Source of the DNA: Lama guanicoe
Taxonomy: Eukaryota
Length of the DNA: 64,000 nt
Reading direction: 5' to 3'
NCBI GenBank assembly: GCA_013239625.1
Contig: MU054212.1
Coordinates: 6,360,270-6,424,269 of the forward strand
Shown here piece after piece: positions 1 through 13,065 of this stretch. Position 1 is the first letter of the stretch. The number at the start of each line of letters is the position of its first letter. Under the pieces are notes generated by a model that worked only from the letters and a program-made list of their open reading frames with translations, was not told where the DNA came from and did no database searches. A program made the position numbers and the translations under genes.

Positions 1-2039
1 TTAAAACACCAATTATTTTTAGGAAGTCAAAAACCATTGCCTAACCATTAACTTTCATCATGGTTCCATTTCTTTGTAAAGGTAAATTTACTTTCTGGAC
101 ATTACCTTGCCACTGTTTTTTTTTTTATAAAATAAATATAATGTCATAATTACACAGTTAACCATCTTGGTTAGAATTATCAGTGATCATCTATGTGTCA
201 TTTATAATCAGTAAAATTGAAAGAAATAAAATTCCTTTAGAATTTCCTTGATTCAACATTTTCAACTCTTGGTAGGAGATCCTTTTGATCCAAGCACTGA
301 AAGCTTAGGTCTCAAGCTTCATTCTTGACAAATCAGGCTCCAATAAAGGATTTGAAAATTTATGCAGAAATTAGAAAAGGCTTCAAGAGTTCACTCAATC
401 TAAGAACCCTGGAACATTCTGAACTTTCACAAGAGAAAAAGCCTTTGTAGATTTTCAGTCATCAACATGTAGAGGGGAGGGTTGTTTTGAAGAGGCTCAG
501 GTGACTTCCTGGAACTTTCCGAAATACCACAGGAGAAGCCCTTGACCAATCTGACTCCAAGGCATACTCTGGTCAAGGTCATCTTTCTGATACATGAAAA
601 GAACAATTTCAACAGCGCCCTGCCCTAAGTGTTTACCCCTGCCCTTCCTTCCCCCACACAGAGCATGCAACACAGAAACAGCAAGTGCAGTGGAAAAGCA
701 AAATCCATAAGCAAGAACTATATTTATGGATTTTATAAAAGTCTGATGTGCTAGTGTTAACAAAAACATTTTGCCTCTCGTGACTACATTAATGTTAGCA
801 AAATACATGATAAAATTCTCTAATCTAGCTTATAGGACTGATGTACAGAAAATTACTTAATAAATATAAAGCAAATGTTAACAGCAGTAAAAAACAAAAA
901 AACGAAAAACATGGAAAAAGTACACCAGTACACAAGATGAAGATAAATTAGACCAGAGTTGAAAAATCTGAGAATATACCATGTACCAGGTACATTTAAG
1001 AGCACAAGAACTAAATTAAGGATGCAACTGATTTCCAGAGTGTTAACTTAATGAGATCAGAGTACTGAAGGGCAAAGTAAAAACTCAAACCCAAGGCTCT
1101 TTAAAACCTGTGCCCTTAGTCACCTATAGGAACTTTCAAAAATGGGCAAAGGGCAGTGAGGTGGAATTTACATTCCTAGCCTTCATGAAGAATGTTGGTA
1201 GAGAATCATAATTAAAAATATTAACCAGAACCTTCAAATACATATATATATGTATGTATGTGTTTTATTTTTATTGGGAAACAATAAACATCGTTCCACC
1301 TGCCTTTAACTTTGATGCTCTAGTCTGACAATGACAGATATTTTAGTATATTTAACAGAAAAAAAATTAGCCATTCACACCATCATGGAATGCCATCATT
1401 CTACACCCACAGCTATACTAGAACAATAGGAACCATCTTGATTTCAAATATTCTGTTCGCTGTACAAACATATCATGGAGATTGCCTGTAAATCCAATAA
1501 AGACTATAAATATCTCAGATATTTAGATAGATACAAAAATCTTTTGTAAGATCATGGTCTCAATTTTTGGTTCAAAAAATATGGAGGTGATGACACTATA
1601 GGGAAATGTCCTTTATATTCTGTGATGGGGAAATGGGAAGCGGAAATGAGGAGGTGGGGTTGATCAAAACTCTAAGGACAGTGACAACACACTTCCTGAC
1701 TTGTTTCCACTCCCACCGGCCTGCCTGCCTCACTCCACCCAAGGCTCATTTCAGGCTTTCTGCTTATTTACCACCTCTGCCCCCAGGACCTCATCAAAAG
1801 GCCCTTCCTCTGAGCACTAATCCTAACTCCCTCAGGCTCGTCTTAGAAGGAAAGCCATTAAAATAATGCAAAAGAAGCGTGATTTTTCTTTTTTAAGTAT
1901 GAGTTAAACCCCTGGAGGTCATGCATTGGATAAGTAAAAGTTAAGCGAGGAATTCCATTGTTAGGTAGAGGAGGATTTATGGAGGTGGTGGAAGATTTCC
2001 AGAACCCCTTCAAACAATACTCCTTAGGTGTTGCCGAAA

Positions 2040-2425
2040 GCCCTTAGTAAACCATATTTGGTCCCCCAGACCTGACTTCTGTTTACTAATTCAGCTCTAC
2101 CTCGCCAGTCTCCCTTCTTCAAATCATTGGCTCCAGTAGTTTCAAATGCATAATTTTATTTCACGGCAACACACTGCTCTCTCTCCCTGCCTGTAACAGC
2201 CATCTCCTCTCCACAGTCCGTGACCCAGCAGCAGCACCATCTTGGTCTCCTCACTCTACCCTAGTTTAGTTTGGAGCCTCTTCTAGATGGTAAAGTGCCT
2301 TGTGTTTCCCTCTTGAGAAGTACTTGCTAACTTACACGGCGATACACAGGCAGGCTTGTAATTCCCTGCGCTTCAACGACCAGTACAGTGCTTGGCAAAG
2401 AATATTTGCTGCACAAATGAATCTG
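2040..2425 (+). mobile_element. Degraded L2 3' fragment
   Basis: Ends cagtacagtgcttggcaaagaatatttgctgcacaaatgaat, resembling the L2 3' tail. Confidence 0.45.
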
Positions 2426-2611
2426 TAAAGTTATGGCAAGGGCTGCCCCAGGAGAAGGCAAGAAAGAGAAGAGTCTTTAAATCGTGTACGACACCAATAT
2501 ATATTTATAGGAAGGGATCTGTATATAATTAACATTCTTGTTCACTCAGATTCACCAATTCAAAAACTTAAAGGGATGGAGGCTAGGAAGCTAGGACAAT
2601 GCAGTTTTTAA

Positions 2612-2771
2612 TTTCTTTTCTTTCTTTTCTTTTTTTTGGGGGGAGGGGGTGGAAGTAATTAGGTTGTTTGTTTGTTTGTTTGTTTGTTTATTTCTTTATT
2701 TTCTAGAGGTGGTACTGGGGATCAAATCAGGACCTCATGCATGCTAAGCGTGAGCTATACCCTCCTCCCCC
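2612..2771 (-). mobile_element. Camelid tRNA-derived SINE (Vic-1-like)
   Basis: ggtactggggatcaaatcaggacctcatgcatgctaagc...gagctataccc core; perfect 15-bp TSD caatgcagtttttaa at 2597-2611 and 2772-2786. Confidence 0.9.
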
Positions 2772-4257
2772 CAATGCAGTTTTTAAATCATCTTCCTCAT
2801 CCATTTTTACAAGAAAGTCTAACCATTACTTCATAACACGAGATCAACTTTGATTAAAGTCATTAACGAAAACTAAGTACCGGAGTCAACCGGCAGTTAT
2901 GCAACAAAGAAGAGTGATTTAAATTATTTTTTGCTTCCGGCTAGCTGGGAGGTCTACATACCAAAAGTGGGTTGGCAGCTCTTAGTGGTTGAGACAGTCC
3001 TACAAATATTCTGGAAAAACCAGTGGGTGGAATTTAGGCTCTCAGTGATAATACAGCTTTCATTGTCAATAGGTGACATGTAGGATTGAGAAACCAAGTT
3101 ATCATCATACTAGGGTCCAGAGCATCATGCTGAACAACACCCTGCATATTTAAAAAAAAAAACACTCTGAATGCTAACCGGAATTTTTATTAAAATTTTT
3201 TTTTTGTTTTTAACTCAGAGGAGTTATCAATGCTAGGCTACAAGGATGGGCAAGGAGGGGATCTATGTGAACAACCTGATAATCTCCCCTACGTCTCTAG
3301 CAGTGTTACTGTTCTTAATTTATAAACTCGCCATTCGTAGTTTCAAATCTGATCCATGTCAAGCAAAACCAACAGCACTAACAACAACAACAAAAGCCCA
3401 CACCCAATAAAAGCAGTAAACACTTCACTTTCTTTTCAAATGTATCTATGGAAACCCCTTTCTCCTCTGCAAAGCCCAAGAAAACAGCCTCTACTAAAAT
3501 AAAACTGACCAACTAGTGTTTTTGAACAGTGTTAAAAAATTTTTAACGCATAGAGATAATGCATAGCAACGGATTTCTGAGTGGTGGACGAACACTGCTT
3601 AGTAGATACGTTTATGCATCTAATGCCAGCTGATGTGGGTACCAGGCTTTTCCTTACTCTAAATTCAGAGCCAACAAACTGGTCATTTTAGGCTAAGTTT
3701 ACATTTTGATCCTACGACCCAGACTAAGCCTTTTTTCTTCTCCTAAGACATTTAACTTCATAACATCTAGGGATAACCCCATTGCTAGTGATTTACAGAA
3801 AGTATACTCCTCCTTGGAGACACTTCTTACACTTCACCTAGATTCCAGATTACCTCAATAAGTTCCTCATTGCCAAAGTCCAATTTTTATTTTATTTTGC
3901 TTTGCTTCATTTTATTCATCAAGCATTTCCAAGCTGGACACCCTCCTAGGTTTTAGGGATGTTAAGGATGAGGAACAGGGTCTAGCCCCAATCCTCAGCA
4001 AGCCAGGGAGACACACGTGAAAGGTAATGATCGTACAAGGTGAAGGGCTGTGTGGTAAGGAAGAGCAAGCTTGCTTACAGAAGGGCCAGCTACCAGCTGC
4101 CCAGGGAGTCAGGCAAGGCTCTGTGTGGGAGGTGACATTTGTCTGGGGCTTGAGGGATAGAGGGGAGAAGGACATTAAGGAAGAGCCCCAAAGACTATGA
4201 CACATGTGATGTATTCACTCCTAAAAATAACCTCCTACTCCTGACGAATCCATCTAT

Positions 4258-4678
4258 TTTTTTTAAAGTATTTTTTCTCTAGCAGTTTTAGGTTCACAGC
4301 AAAACTCAGAAGTACAGAGATTTCTGAAATGCCTCCTGCCCCCATGCAAGCACAGCCTCCCCCATAATCAACATCCCCACCAGAGTGGGACATTTAATAC
4401 AACTGATGGACCCACACTGACACATCATAATCACCCAGAGCCCATAGCTTGTCTTTTTTTTTTTTTTTCAAATTGAAGGACAGTCAGTTGCAATGTGTCA
4501 ATTTCTGGGGCACAGCGCAATGTCCCAGTCATGCATATACATACATATATTCGTTTTCATAGTCCCACAGCTCACCTTCTGGTTGGCTCTTGGTGGTGTA
4601 CATTGTATAGTTTTGGACCAATGTGTAACGATGTGTATTCACCATTAATTACAGTATCATAGAGTAGTTTCACTGCCT
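4258..4678 (-). mobile_element. L1MC-type 3' end, interrupted by a younger L1
   Basis: agcagttttaggttcacagcaaaa...catccccaccagagtgg...agtagtttcactgcc resembles the L1MC1/2 3' UTR. Confidence 0.75.
4451..4560 (-). mobile_element. Short young L1 3' tip nested in L1MC
   Basis: Poly-T then aattgaaggacagtcagttgcaatgtgtcaatttctgg; degenerate TSD agcccatagct / agtcccacagct. Confidence 0.8.
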
Positions 4679-5876
4679 GGATCACCAGTGCTTGGCCCTC
4701 TGCAGGGGAAAAATTGCCTAATGAATGTCTCTTGCCAGTGAGGACCAATGATCAAAACTGAGCTATCTATTATTTCAAAACTTGACAGAACTTTTGTGAA
4801 TCCATGGCTCTTCCCATCCATTAGTATGTGTCACCAGTTGGTGACAGTCAAGTAATTTTCATGGACTCTCAGGCAAAAAATGCCATGGAGTAGGATTGAA
4901 AGAGAGGTCTCGATATTTCTTCAGCTGGTAGAAACATCGTTCTCCTTTTCTACTCCGAGTCACTGTCTCCGCTGCCTTACTGATAACCTCTGGATCGTGG
5001 AAATTCTATCTTTTATACATTAAGGTCGTAAAGTTTCCACACACCCTGGTGCTAAGTAGTAAGCGGGTAAAGTATTAATTTTAATGAGTGGACGGGGACC
5101 TGCAAGACCCAGCCCTGGCTACTTTTCCAGCTCACTCCTGGCCACACTGAACCATTCATTCCCATGTTCCTCCTCTCCTCCTCCCTTTCCCCTCTCCTTC
5201 CACTCAATGCATGCACAGACAATAAAAATGTGGCTTTTCAAAGATGGGCTCCACGTTTAGATCAGGAGTCTGAGAAACCTGGTTCCCTATCAATTATAAA
5301 TAACAGTGAAATGAAACAAACAGCAGGCATCACTTTCATTTAAACGTCGCTAACCAAGGAAAATCTGCTTTGGGAAGTCAACGTGAAATGTAATAATCAT
5401 CCTGTTAGAAAGTGGACAACTGGTCTATGTTTGAGCTGAATGGTACACCCACATCACTGCTCCCCGCGAGGGCAGATCAGACCAGTTTTGGCATCCGAAG
5501 GTTCCTTTTATCTTACTGCCTTTCCCACGCAGAAGCTCTAAGGATGACTGTATTCTGGCACAGCTACATGTTATCAGACATCCTGAGAACGAGTGAGTGA
5601 AAGACAAAACCAATTCCTAACGTAGATTCACATTTCAGGGCCCATATGCTTCTTTTTAAACGATGCAGAATGACGCTCACATCGTGAATTTGGACGGTGA
5701 TCCAAATGACTGGAAGTCTGCATATGTTAAATAAATTTCTTGGCATGTTTTAGAGAAGAGATAGTTCATAAATTAGCCTTGTGGAGCGGTTTTTAAAGCT
5801 TACTAACCTGTAATGCTTTCTTTCTACTTTAGCTCTAAGAAACACTTTGTTGATAATGTTTTTTGTTGCAAGTTAA

Positions 5877-5878
<2 letters not shown>

Positions 5879-5908
<30 letters not shown>
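5879..5908. repeat. (CA)n microsatellite
   Basis: Directly visible. Confidence 0.95.
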
Positions 5909-5910
<2 letters not shown>

Positions 5911-6632
5911 GCTTCAAGCCCCCATGGAGTCTTTAAAAACGAGAGAATGATAATTCTACGGTTGCTAATAAACAATACTTTAAGTTGAAACTATCAAAGA
6001 TTTTTTAGGGGGAGGTAAGGGTTGAGTCAGATACTATTTAAAGCAAAGACTTTGTATTTAATTCTTTTCTGATTAATTAAACCACATCATGGGGCACCTT
6101 GTAAATAAAAAAAATAAATTAAATATAACATTGGTGAATTCTTCTAACATTACTCTGACACAGTCATCATTTTGATGTCTCTCCCTCTGGACATGGGTGT
6201 GTGTGTTTTTCATTTCCTTCAACTGTGAAATCTGGGGGATGAATTAAGATAACCCTTCCTTTTGAGCTGTGAGTTGCTATAAGCATCACCAGAAAGAAGT
6301 TAAGACAAGATTTGATATGTATGCCTTTATATCTATATTCTAGATGAAGAAAATTATAAAACTTTCAACTGCCCCATAGTGCACACACTATACCTTGTGA
6401 CAATTAAATGTGACTTTTATATCAACCTGCTCATAAAACTGTAAGCTTAATTTTTACCATTGGCATGACTCCCACCATTTGCAATCACGTTTTGCAAAAT
6501 TATGTAAGCCAATGTTCCTCAATTTATAAGCCACACTCTTTTAAAGATTCCTAAATTTCTATCGGCCTTGTATTTAAAATTTCAAAATAAATTACTTCTT
6601 GTACAATGCATATAACAAGGGAAGTTTAAATA

Positions 6633-6877
6633 TTTTTGAATATTTTATTTATGTATTTATTGGGGATTGTTTGTTTATTTATTCTTTTTTTATTGATGTA
6701 TAGTCGACTTAAAATGTTGTGTTAATTTCCAGTGTACAGCACCATAGTGATGCATTGATACATATATATATTCCTTTTCACATTCTTTTTCATTATAGGC
6801 CATTACAAGGTAATGAATATAGTTCCCCATGCTATGCAGTAGGACCTTGTTGTTATTTTATACACAGTAGTTCGTAT
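6633..6877 (-). mobile_element. 5'-truncated L1 (3' UTR)
   Basis: L1 3' UTR motifs; perfect 14-bp TSD gggaagtttaaata at 6619-6632 and 6878-6891. Confidence 0.9.
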
Positions 6878-7065
6878 GGGAAGTTTAAATACTGAGTGTG
6901 CCACTTTAAAACGGGCAAGCTCAACCCTCTTCAGCTTTAGCACTTAGGCTGGCTATCAGTAATAGAAGCCAAGGTAATACTAACACTAAGATTATGTTCA
7001 AACTATCTGCTGTTGACAATCTTTATATATCCTTATTGCCATCAGCAATTCAAACTGCTTAAGCA

Positions 7066-8170
7066 CATCATTAATCCAAATATTTATTATCTTACTACAT
7101 GTCAGATTCTCTGATAGGCACTACAGATACAAAGGAAGATGTGTACTTGCCCTCAGAGAACTCAGGATCTGCTGGGGGGGAAAAGACAGTGATAAATGTG
7201 GACATGGGACGTCAGAGGCAGAGAAGCCCAGGGAAGCATCTGAGGAGGCTTCCTAGGCAATGGCTGAGCATTCCAGGTGGAGAGGAGAGAGTGACCAAAG
7301 GAAAGACATGGCAGATGTGGGGACCCACACAAACGCAGAACTGGACAGGCAGGACCTAAATCAGACAGTGCCTTCATGTGTCATACTGACTTTCTCTTGT
7401 TGGCCTGCAGATCCATGAGGATTTAAAGCGAAGGTATAAGGTGTGTAAGTTAAAAATACTGTGCTTCTTAAATACCAAGGACTTTCCTGGCTACCATGTG
7501 GGTAGCAAATTTTAGGGGAATGAAACTGGAGGCAGTTGAAAGGCCATAATAAATGAAAAATGAAGAGGATTTCAATTAGGGCAGTAGATGGGTTTAAAAA
7601 AAAAAAGGACGCATTTGATATGCAGAGGAGATAGACTCAGCGAACCTTTAATCACAGGATGTGGGGGATGAAGTCGTGGGAAGACTCCCAGATTTCTGGC
7701 TTGGGTGGTAAAGCCACCAAACAGGATACAGGAAGAAGAGCGGGTTTAAGGGCGGGTGGTTAAGTTTAGAGGGAGCTCTACGGGGCTGAGTGGGACACTG
7801 GTAAACACGTATCTCAGGGAGGGATAAGAGTGAGCCGAGGATGCTCCTCTGGGTGTCACCGAGTGCCGAGGGGAGGGTGACACAGAGAGACAGAGCTCGG
7901 AGAGGAGCCGGCGGTGAGTGGTGATGTCCTGGCAGTCTAGAGGTCCTCAGGGTCGAGGAGAAAAACAAACAATGGCCTCACATGTGGTCCAGCAAGGAAA
8001 GGAATGGGAAACACCCATGAGATACAGAAAGCAGGATGCACTAAGGCCCTCAGGAAAAGCTCTGTCAGTCAAGTTATGAGGACAAAAGTCAAACCACAGT
8101 GAGTTATGAAGTAAGTGAATGAGAGGTTAAGGAGCAGAGAGATTTGGTTGAGGAGCTGTGAGACGCAGAA
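7066..8170 (-). mobile_element. Long degraded L2
   Basis: Starts with a reversed L2 tail (catcattaatccaaatatttatt...), followed by a purine-rich L2-like body. Confidence 0.6.
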
Positions 8171-8289
8171 ACAGGGTTAAAGGCAGGGCGGGCTGGTTTG
8201 TTTTTTAAATCAGTTGAAATCTCACCACCTACAGATAGCCAACATTGACATTGCAGTGACTGGCTTTTTCATGCATTTCTCTGTGCCTG

Positions 8290-8291
<2 letters not shown>

Positions 8292-8329
<38 letters not shown>
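8292..8329. repeat. (CA)n microsatellite
   Basis: Directly visible. Confidence 0.95.
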
Positions 8330-8331
<2 letters not shown>

Positions 8332-8619
8332 CGTACTTCAGAGATAACAGACCACTGCCATAAAGTGAATATCACAAAAAAATGAGTCACACGCTGTTTT
8401 TGGTTCCCCATTACACATAACAGTTATGTTTATACTATACTGTAGTCTATTAAATGTACGTTTGCATTATGTCTTAAAAAACAATGCACAGACCTTAATT
8501 TAAAAGTGATGCTGTTGGCAAAATGATGCCAGTAGACTTGCTCAACACAAGGTTGCCCCAAAGCCTTTAATTTGTAAAAGACACACTCTCTGTGCAGCAC
8601 ATTAACACAGGGTTACCTG
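8328..8619. mobile_element. Internally deleted Tigger1 (TcMar) DNA transposon
   Basis: caggcgtacttcagagata... and ...gggttacctg|ta termini; both Tigger1 subterminal regions joined (cagaccactgccataaagtgaatatcac; tagacttgctcaacacaaggttgcc). Confidence 0.8.
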
Positions 8620-9824
8620 TACGTAAATACACGTCCCTAATGATGCACAGACACAAGGAAGAGCATTTGTTGTCTATGAAATTATTCTGTACTAATGAAG
8701 CTGGTTGTATCTTAACCCCTAAAACACTCTTCAAATGATCAGAATTACAAGCGTACACACAAAAGAAGTACAGTCTTTCTTCTAAATCAACAGCCAAGAT
8801 CTCTATGTGACACACACCACCCTCTGACGAAACAAATCTGGTTCTCGCTTCTGAGAAACTCAATGTGGATCAGTCAGCCTAGGAAACAGACACACCCAAT
8901 CCATTGATTTTAGAAGGCAGAGAGCAATTACCCACTTGGAAGGCTTCCAGGGGTTTAGACATACCGTCGTATGAGTGGAGCCCTGGAAGCAATACCTCTG
9001 AGGTCAAGCAGCCTCCTAGCAAGGGGGGGAACTGACATACACCCAAAGAGCGGCGCCCAGTGAGTCATCAGAGAGGGGCAAGTTCCACCCTGTGAAGCCT
9101 CCACACCTGCCTTCTGTCTCACCACCGTGGGGAGGAACAGCACACAAAGCTCTCCAGTGTGCTGCAATGTCAACAGAGCTGGGAATACTGGTTCAACTGG
9201 CCCCGTCACCTGAATGGCCACTGGATTCGCCTTGGGTTCACTCTACTTGGAAATGGGGCGAGAGGTCAGAAGCGTTAACACAGAAGAGGGAGCCCCCAAA
9301 GACTTCCAAAGGAGACAGCGGGATGTGGGTTGTTACTGCAGAAAACTGGGTGCTGTATGGGTTTGTTTTTTTTTTCAGTAGAGAGATCCAGACACGGCAG
9401 CTCTCAAGCAGCTCTGCCTCTTCTCACCCTCACCCCTTCCTCTCCCTGTTCTGATGCCAATTCCCTTCCACAGAAGTTATCAGAAGACACATGCTTCATA
9501 AAGCTTTTCTGTGTGAATCATTCTCTCTAGTCTGCATCCAGAAGAAAGAGTGAAAAGCACTAATACTGTATCTCTAAATACAGTAGCTACATATCAGAAT
9601 TTTTATCTTTAACTAGAGAAGGAAAGACTAGTCAAATAGCTTAGCTGGAGAGGACACACAGCAGCTTTACTGACTTGGGAGATATCCTGCTTCTCGTTTA
9701 TAATGTCAAAACCAAACTCCTTTTGGACATGTTTTAATAAAAGGAAAGATTATCCACTTTGGTGAAAACTGGGTTGCATTTGGGGTAGAGGGGCTTTCTT
9801 TCCACCACCAACCATGGAACAGGC

Positions 9825-9910
9825 ATAAAGTCAACGGAATCCTGGGGGGATAAAGACAAAGGAATCCTGGGGGGATAAAGTCAACGGAATCCTGGGGGGA
9901 TGCAGTCAAC
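9825..9910. repeat. 25-bp minisatellite, ~3.4 copies
   Basis: ataaagtcaacggaatcctgggggg at 9825, 9850 (2 changes) and 9875, plus a partial copy at 9900. Confidence 0.95.
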
Positions 9911-11279
9911 AAGATTGTGCGGAATTCAAGTCCAGAGCAACACATTCTTTCAGGGGACCAGAGGGGACAGCAATGGGTGCTTCATGCTGGACACATCGCT
10001 TCCTGTTTCCCTTGACTGAGTTCTCCAGGGAACCACAGAACACACTATTCTATTTTCTCTTCCTTCACATTTTCCCAAGAAGACTCTGATAAGAAACAGT
10101 GACAACAATGCATTTTTTCAGGTCTTCAGGGCATATCCTTACCAGTGAAGCCACCTACCTGAAAATAAGGCACCTGGAAGGGGGTGCCAAAATGGAACAG
10201 CTGTCCCCCAGTGTACTCCAGCTGCTCACACGTCCTTCCATGAGAAGGTCACTAGGTTCACACTATGCGCCATCCTGATTGTTTTCAACCTCAGAGATAC
10301 ATGAACCTGGTAATTTTCCCTCATACGCTTTAACGTAGATTGGATTCAGCAGTGTCCGTTCATGGGAAGTTCAATTATTTTCATACATTTGTCTTCAAGC
10401 CCTTATAAAGCTACAGACAGAAATTCCTGGCAAAATGAACACATTGGTATCCACCCTAAATAAACTACAGACACCTAGTGTTTTTACTGACAATGAATGT
10501 ACTTACTTAACAGATTTCATTTTGCCAACACACTGACCTGGCGCTTTGAAGCTTAAAACCTAGCGTGCGATTTCAGCAGCTTTCATAAAGGGTGATGAGA
10601 CCAGGTCGAGTTCTCAGATGCGAAATGCTTCAGCTTCCACTAAGGAAGGTGAACCTAGTGTTCATGCTATGTATTTCTTTATTTCTTATCAAATGCCTTG
10701 AGCATAGTCTTTAAAGTCATGAGGAACGTTCAAGGAGATGTTAGAAAGGAGACAGTCAGCTGAAGGCAGAGTGAGGTCACATGGCCAACAATGCCTCTCC
10801 TGGGCAGTTGGCCAGTGTCACACATTGTGTTCATTCATGACCTACCACTCCATTTCTTGCTCGGGACGATCAGAGTGCTTCCTTTAATTTGCAGGTTGAT
10901 TTTTTTAGATACAAGTTTTATGTGTTCTTGGTTCCATGACTTAACTCTCTACCTCCCTTGCAAGTAATATTCTCCTTGATGGCATGTGCCCATATAATAC
11001 TGCTTCACCTCTAGCTTAAACCAAATGGATACTGATAATCAGTTACTCAACTTATGCAAGACCCTTCCTTAGATTCAAGCAAAACAATACAGCTCCAACA
11101 AAAGCTAGTAAACTCTGTATTAACTCTAAGCAGTACCTCTGGAGGAAAAAAAATATACATTTAGACATACTTTTATATATAAAAATCAAATATCAAGGTG
11201 ATAAGAGAAGAGAGGAAAATAGAGGATGAAAGGCAAAAGGAAAATGCCTAAATGATTCTGAAAGTGAAAACTATTCTGT

Positions 11280-11968
11280 GCAGCCATTATGGGAAACAGT
11301 ATGGAGATTCCTTAAAAAACTAAAAATAGTCTTACTGTATGATCCAACAATCCCACTCCTGGGCATATATCTGGCGGAAACTCTAATTCAAAAAGATACA
11401 TGCACCCCAATATTCACAGCAGCACTATTTACAACAGCCAAGACATGGAAGCAACCTAAATGTTCATCTACAGATGACTGGGTAAAGAAGTTGTATGGTT
11501 ATACAGTGGAATACTACTCAGCCATAAAAAAGAACAAAACAATGCCATTTGCCACACTAGAGAGTATCATACTAAGTGAAATAAGCCAGAAAGAGAAAGA
11601 AAAATACCATATGAGATCACTTGTATGTGGAATCTAAAAAAGTGACACAAATGAACTTATTTACAAAACAGAAATAGACTCACAGACATAGAAAACAAAC
11701 TTATGGTTATGGAGGGGGAAGGGGTAGGGAGGGATAAATTGGGAATTCAGGATTTGCAGATACTAACTACTATACATAAAACAGATTAACAGCAAGGTCC
11801 TACTGTATAGCACAGGGAATTATATTCAGTACCTTACAGTAGCCTATAACGGACAAGAATAAGAGAAGGAATATATATATATGTATATATAAAAAATTGA
11901 ATCACTGTGCTGGACACCAGAACATTGTAATGCTGTAAATTGTAAATCGATTATACTTCAATTAAAAA
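11280..11968 (+). mobile_element. 5'-truncated L1: ORF2 C-terminus + 3' UTR + poly-A
   Basis: ORF 11278-11637 (QPLWETVWRFLKKLKI...DPTIPLLGIY...WKQPKC) is L1 ORF2; TSD aaaactattctgt at 11267-11279 and 11969-11981. Confidence 0.93.
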
Positions 11969-12459
11969 AAAACTATTCTGTATAATATGTGCCTTTGAGA
12001 ACAACTCTTAAATGGTAAGTAAGACAGGTAGTAGTTTAATATTTGATCATGTATTCAACTGTTCACCCATTCAAGCATATACTATGTACCTGGCAAAGAT
12101 AAATACTGTGTTAAATAATTGAATAATTGCAATTTTATTTTGAAGAGCTCACAATAAAGTAGCAGATACATACAAAGGCCATGGGTACTGAAATGCCAGA
12201 CATGGTTTCAATGAAGGGCTATGAAACTTACAAGAAGAAAAAGCCCTTCCAACAGCAAGGTTAAGGTGAGGGCATTTAGAATGGCTTGAAGATCAGGTAT
12301 CGTTTATTCTAAGCACAAAAGACACTCGCTTGTTCCTAAAGAAGGTGCTAAGTAGATGAAGGACCAGGAAAACCCTGATCTACTAAAAGTAATGCTGTGC
12401 AAAGGGATAGTTCTTTAAGTGCATACAGTATCTGTGTTCAATATATTTAATATTCACAA

Positions 12460-12605
12460 AGGTTGCTATTTTAAAAATCTGGCAACTGAGAAAGCGTAAA
12501 AACAGTTTTTCGAGGTTACGGAGCTGGTAATGCAAATTGCAGAGGCAAGCACTAGGATCTGTGAGTTCTGACTCCAAGTCTGAAGTTCATTCCACCCCAC
12601 ACAGC
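12460..12605 (-). mobile_element. MIR fragment
   Basis: aactgagaaag...ggttacggagctggtaa...tctgactccaag. Confidence 0.5.
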
Positions 12606-13065
12606 TTCCTGAGTCTGCACACCTGGAAGTCACATTCTTAACACTGGTGGGACTGCGAATCCCAAGCTATGCGGGTTTTTCACAGGATCGTCTGACTTTT
12701 GCAGGACTTTGCATATGACGCATTCAGACCCATGAAACTGAGTCAAAGAATCACCTTCGAAACCCAAACCATATTCAAAAGCTGCCAACTGGAGTGTTTC
12801 TTCCCCGAATTAGGTCTCGTGTAGCTAGAGTGACGTTCTGCTAGGTATGCAGCCACTCTACAGGCAGTCAAACTGCAAGCATGTGATTAAAGGCAATGGT
12901 TGGAAGTTAGATCCAGCAATTTGGAATCAATTCCAATAGTGAGGAGATTTATAAAAACAATGGTACATGCCTGGCTCTTCAACCTACTTTATATCTACCC
13001 TGGGTAAAGTGATCAAATAGATTTTGTTGAGACTTCACATGGCCATCCCAGAGCAAGAACTGCCA

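Noticed and set aside
506..514. Perfect STAT site TTCCTGGAA, and scattered single AP-1 sites elsewhere
   Set aside because: Isolated short motifs are expected by chance in 64 kb
9825..9910. CRISPR-like direct repeats
   Set aside because: Head-to-tail tandem units with no spacers, in mammalian DNA; it is a minisatellite
10533..10608. snoRNA-like stem (gacctgg...ccaggtc with a GTGATGA)
   Set aside because: C- and D-like boxes are in the wrong order and on the antisense strand; the stem is only 7 bp
11278..11637. 119-aa ORF as a host gene
   Set aside because: Decayed L1 ORF2 C-terminus in a 5'-truncated element; the same applies to 16338-16742 and 57557-57772
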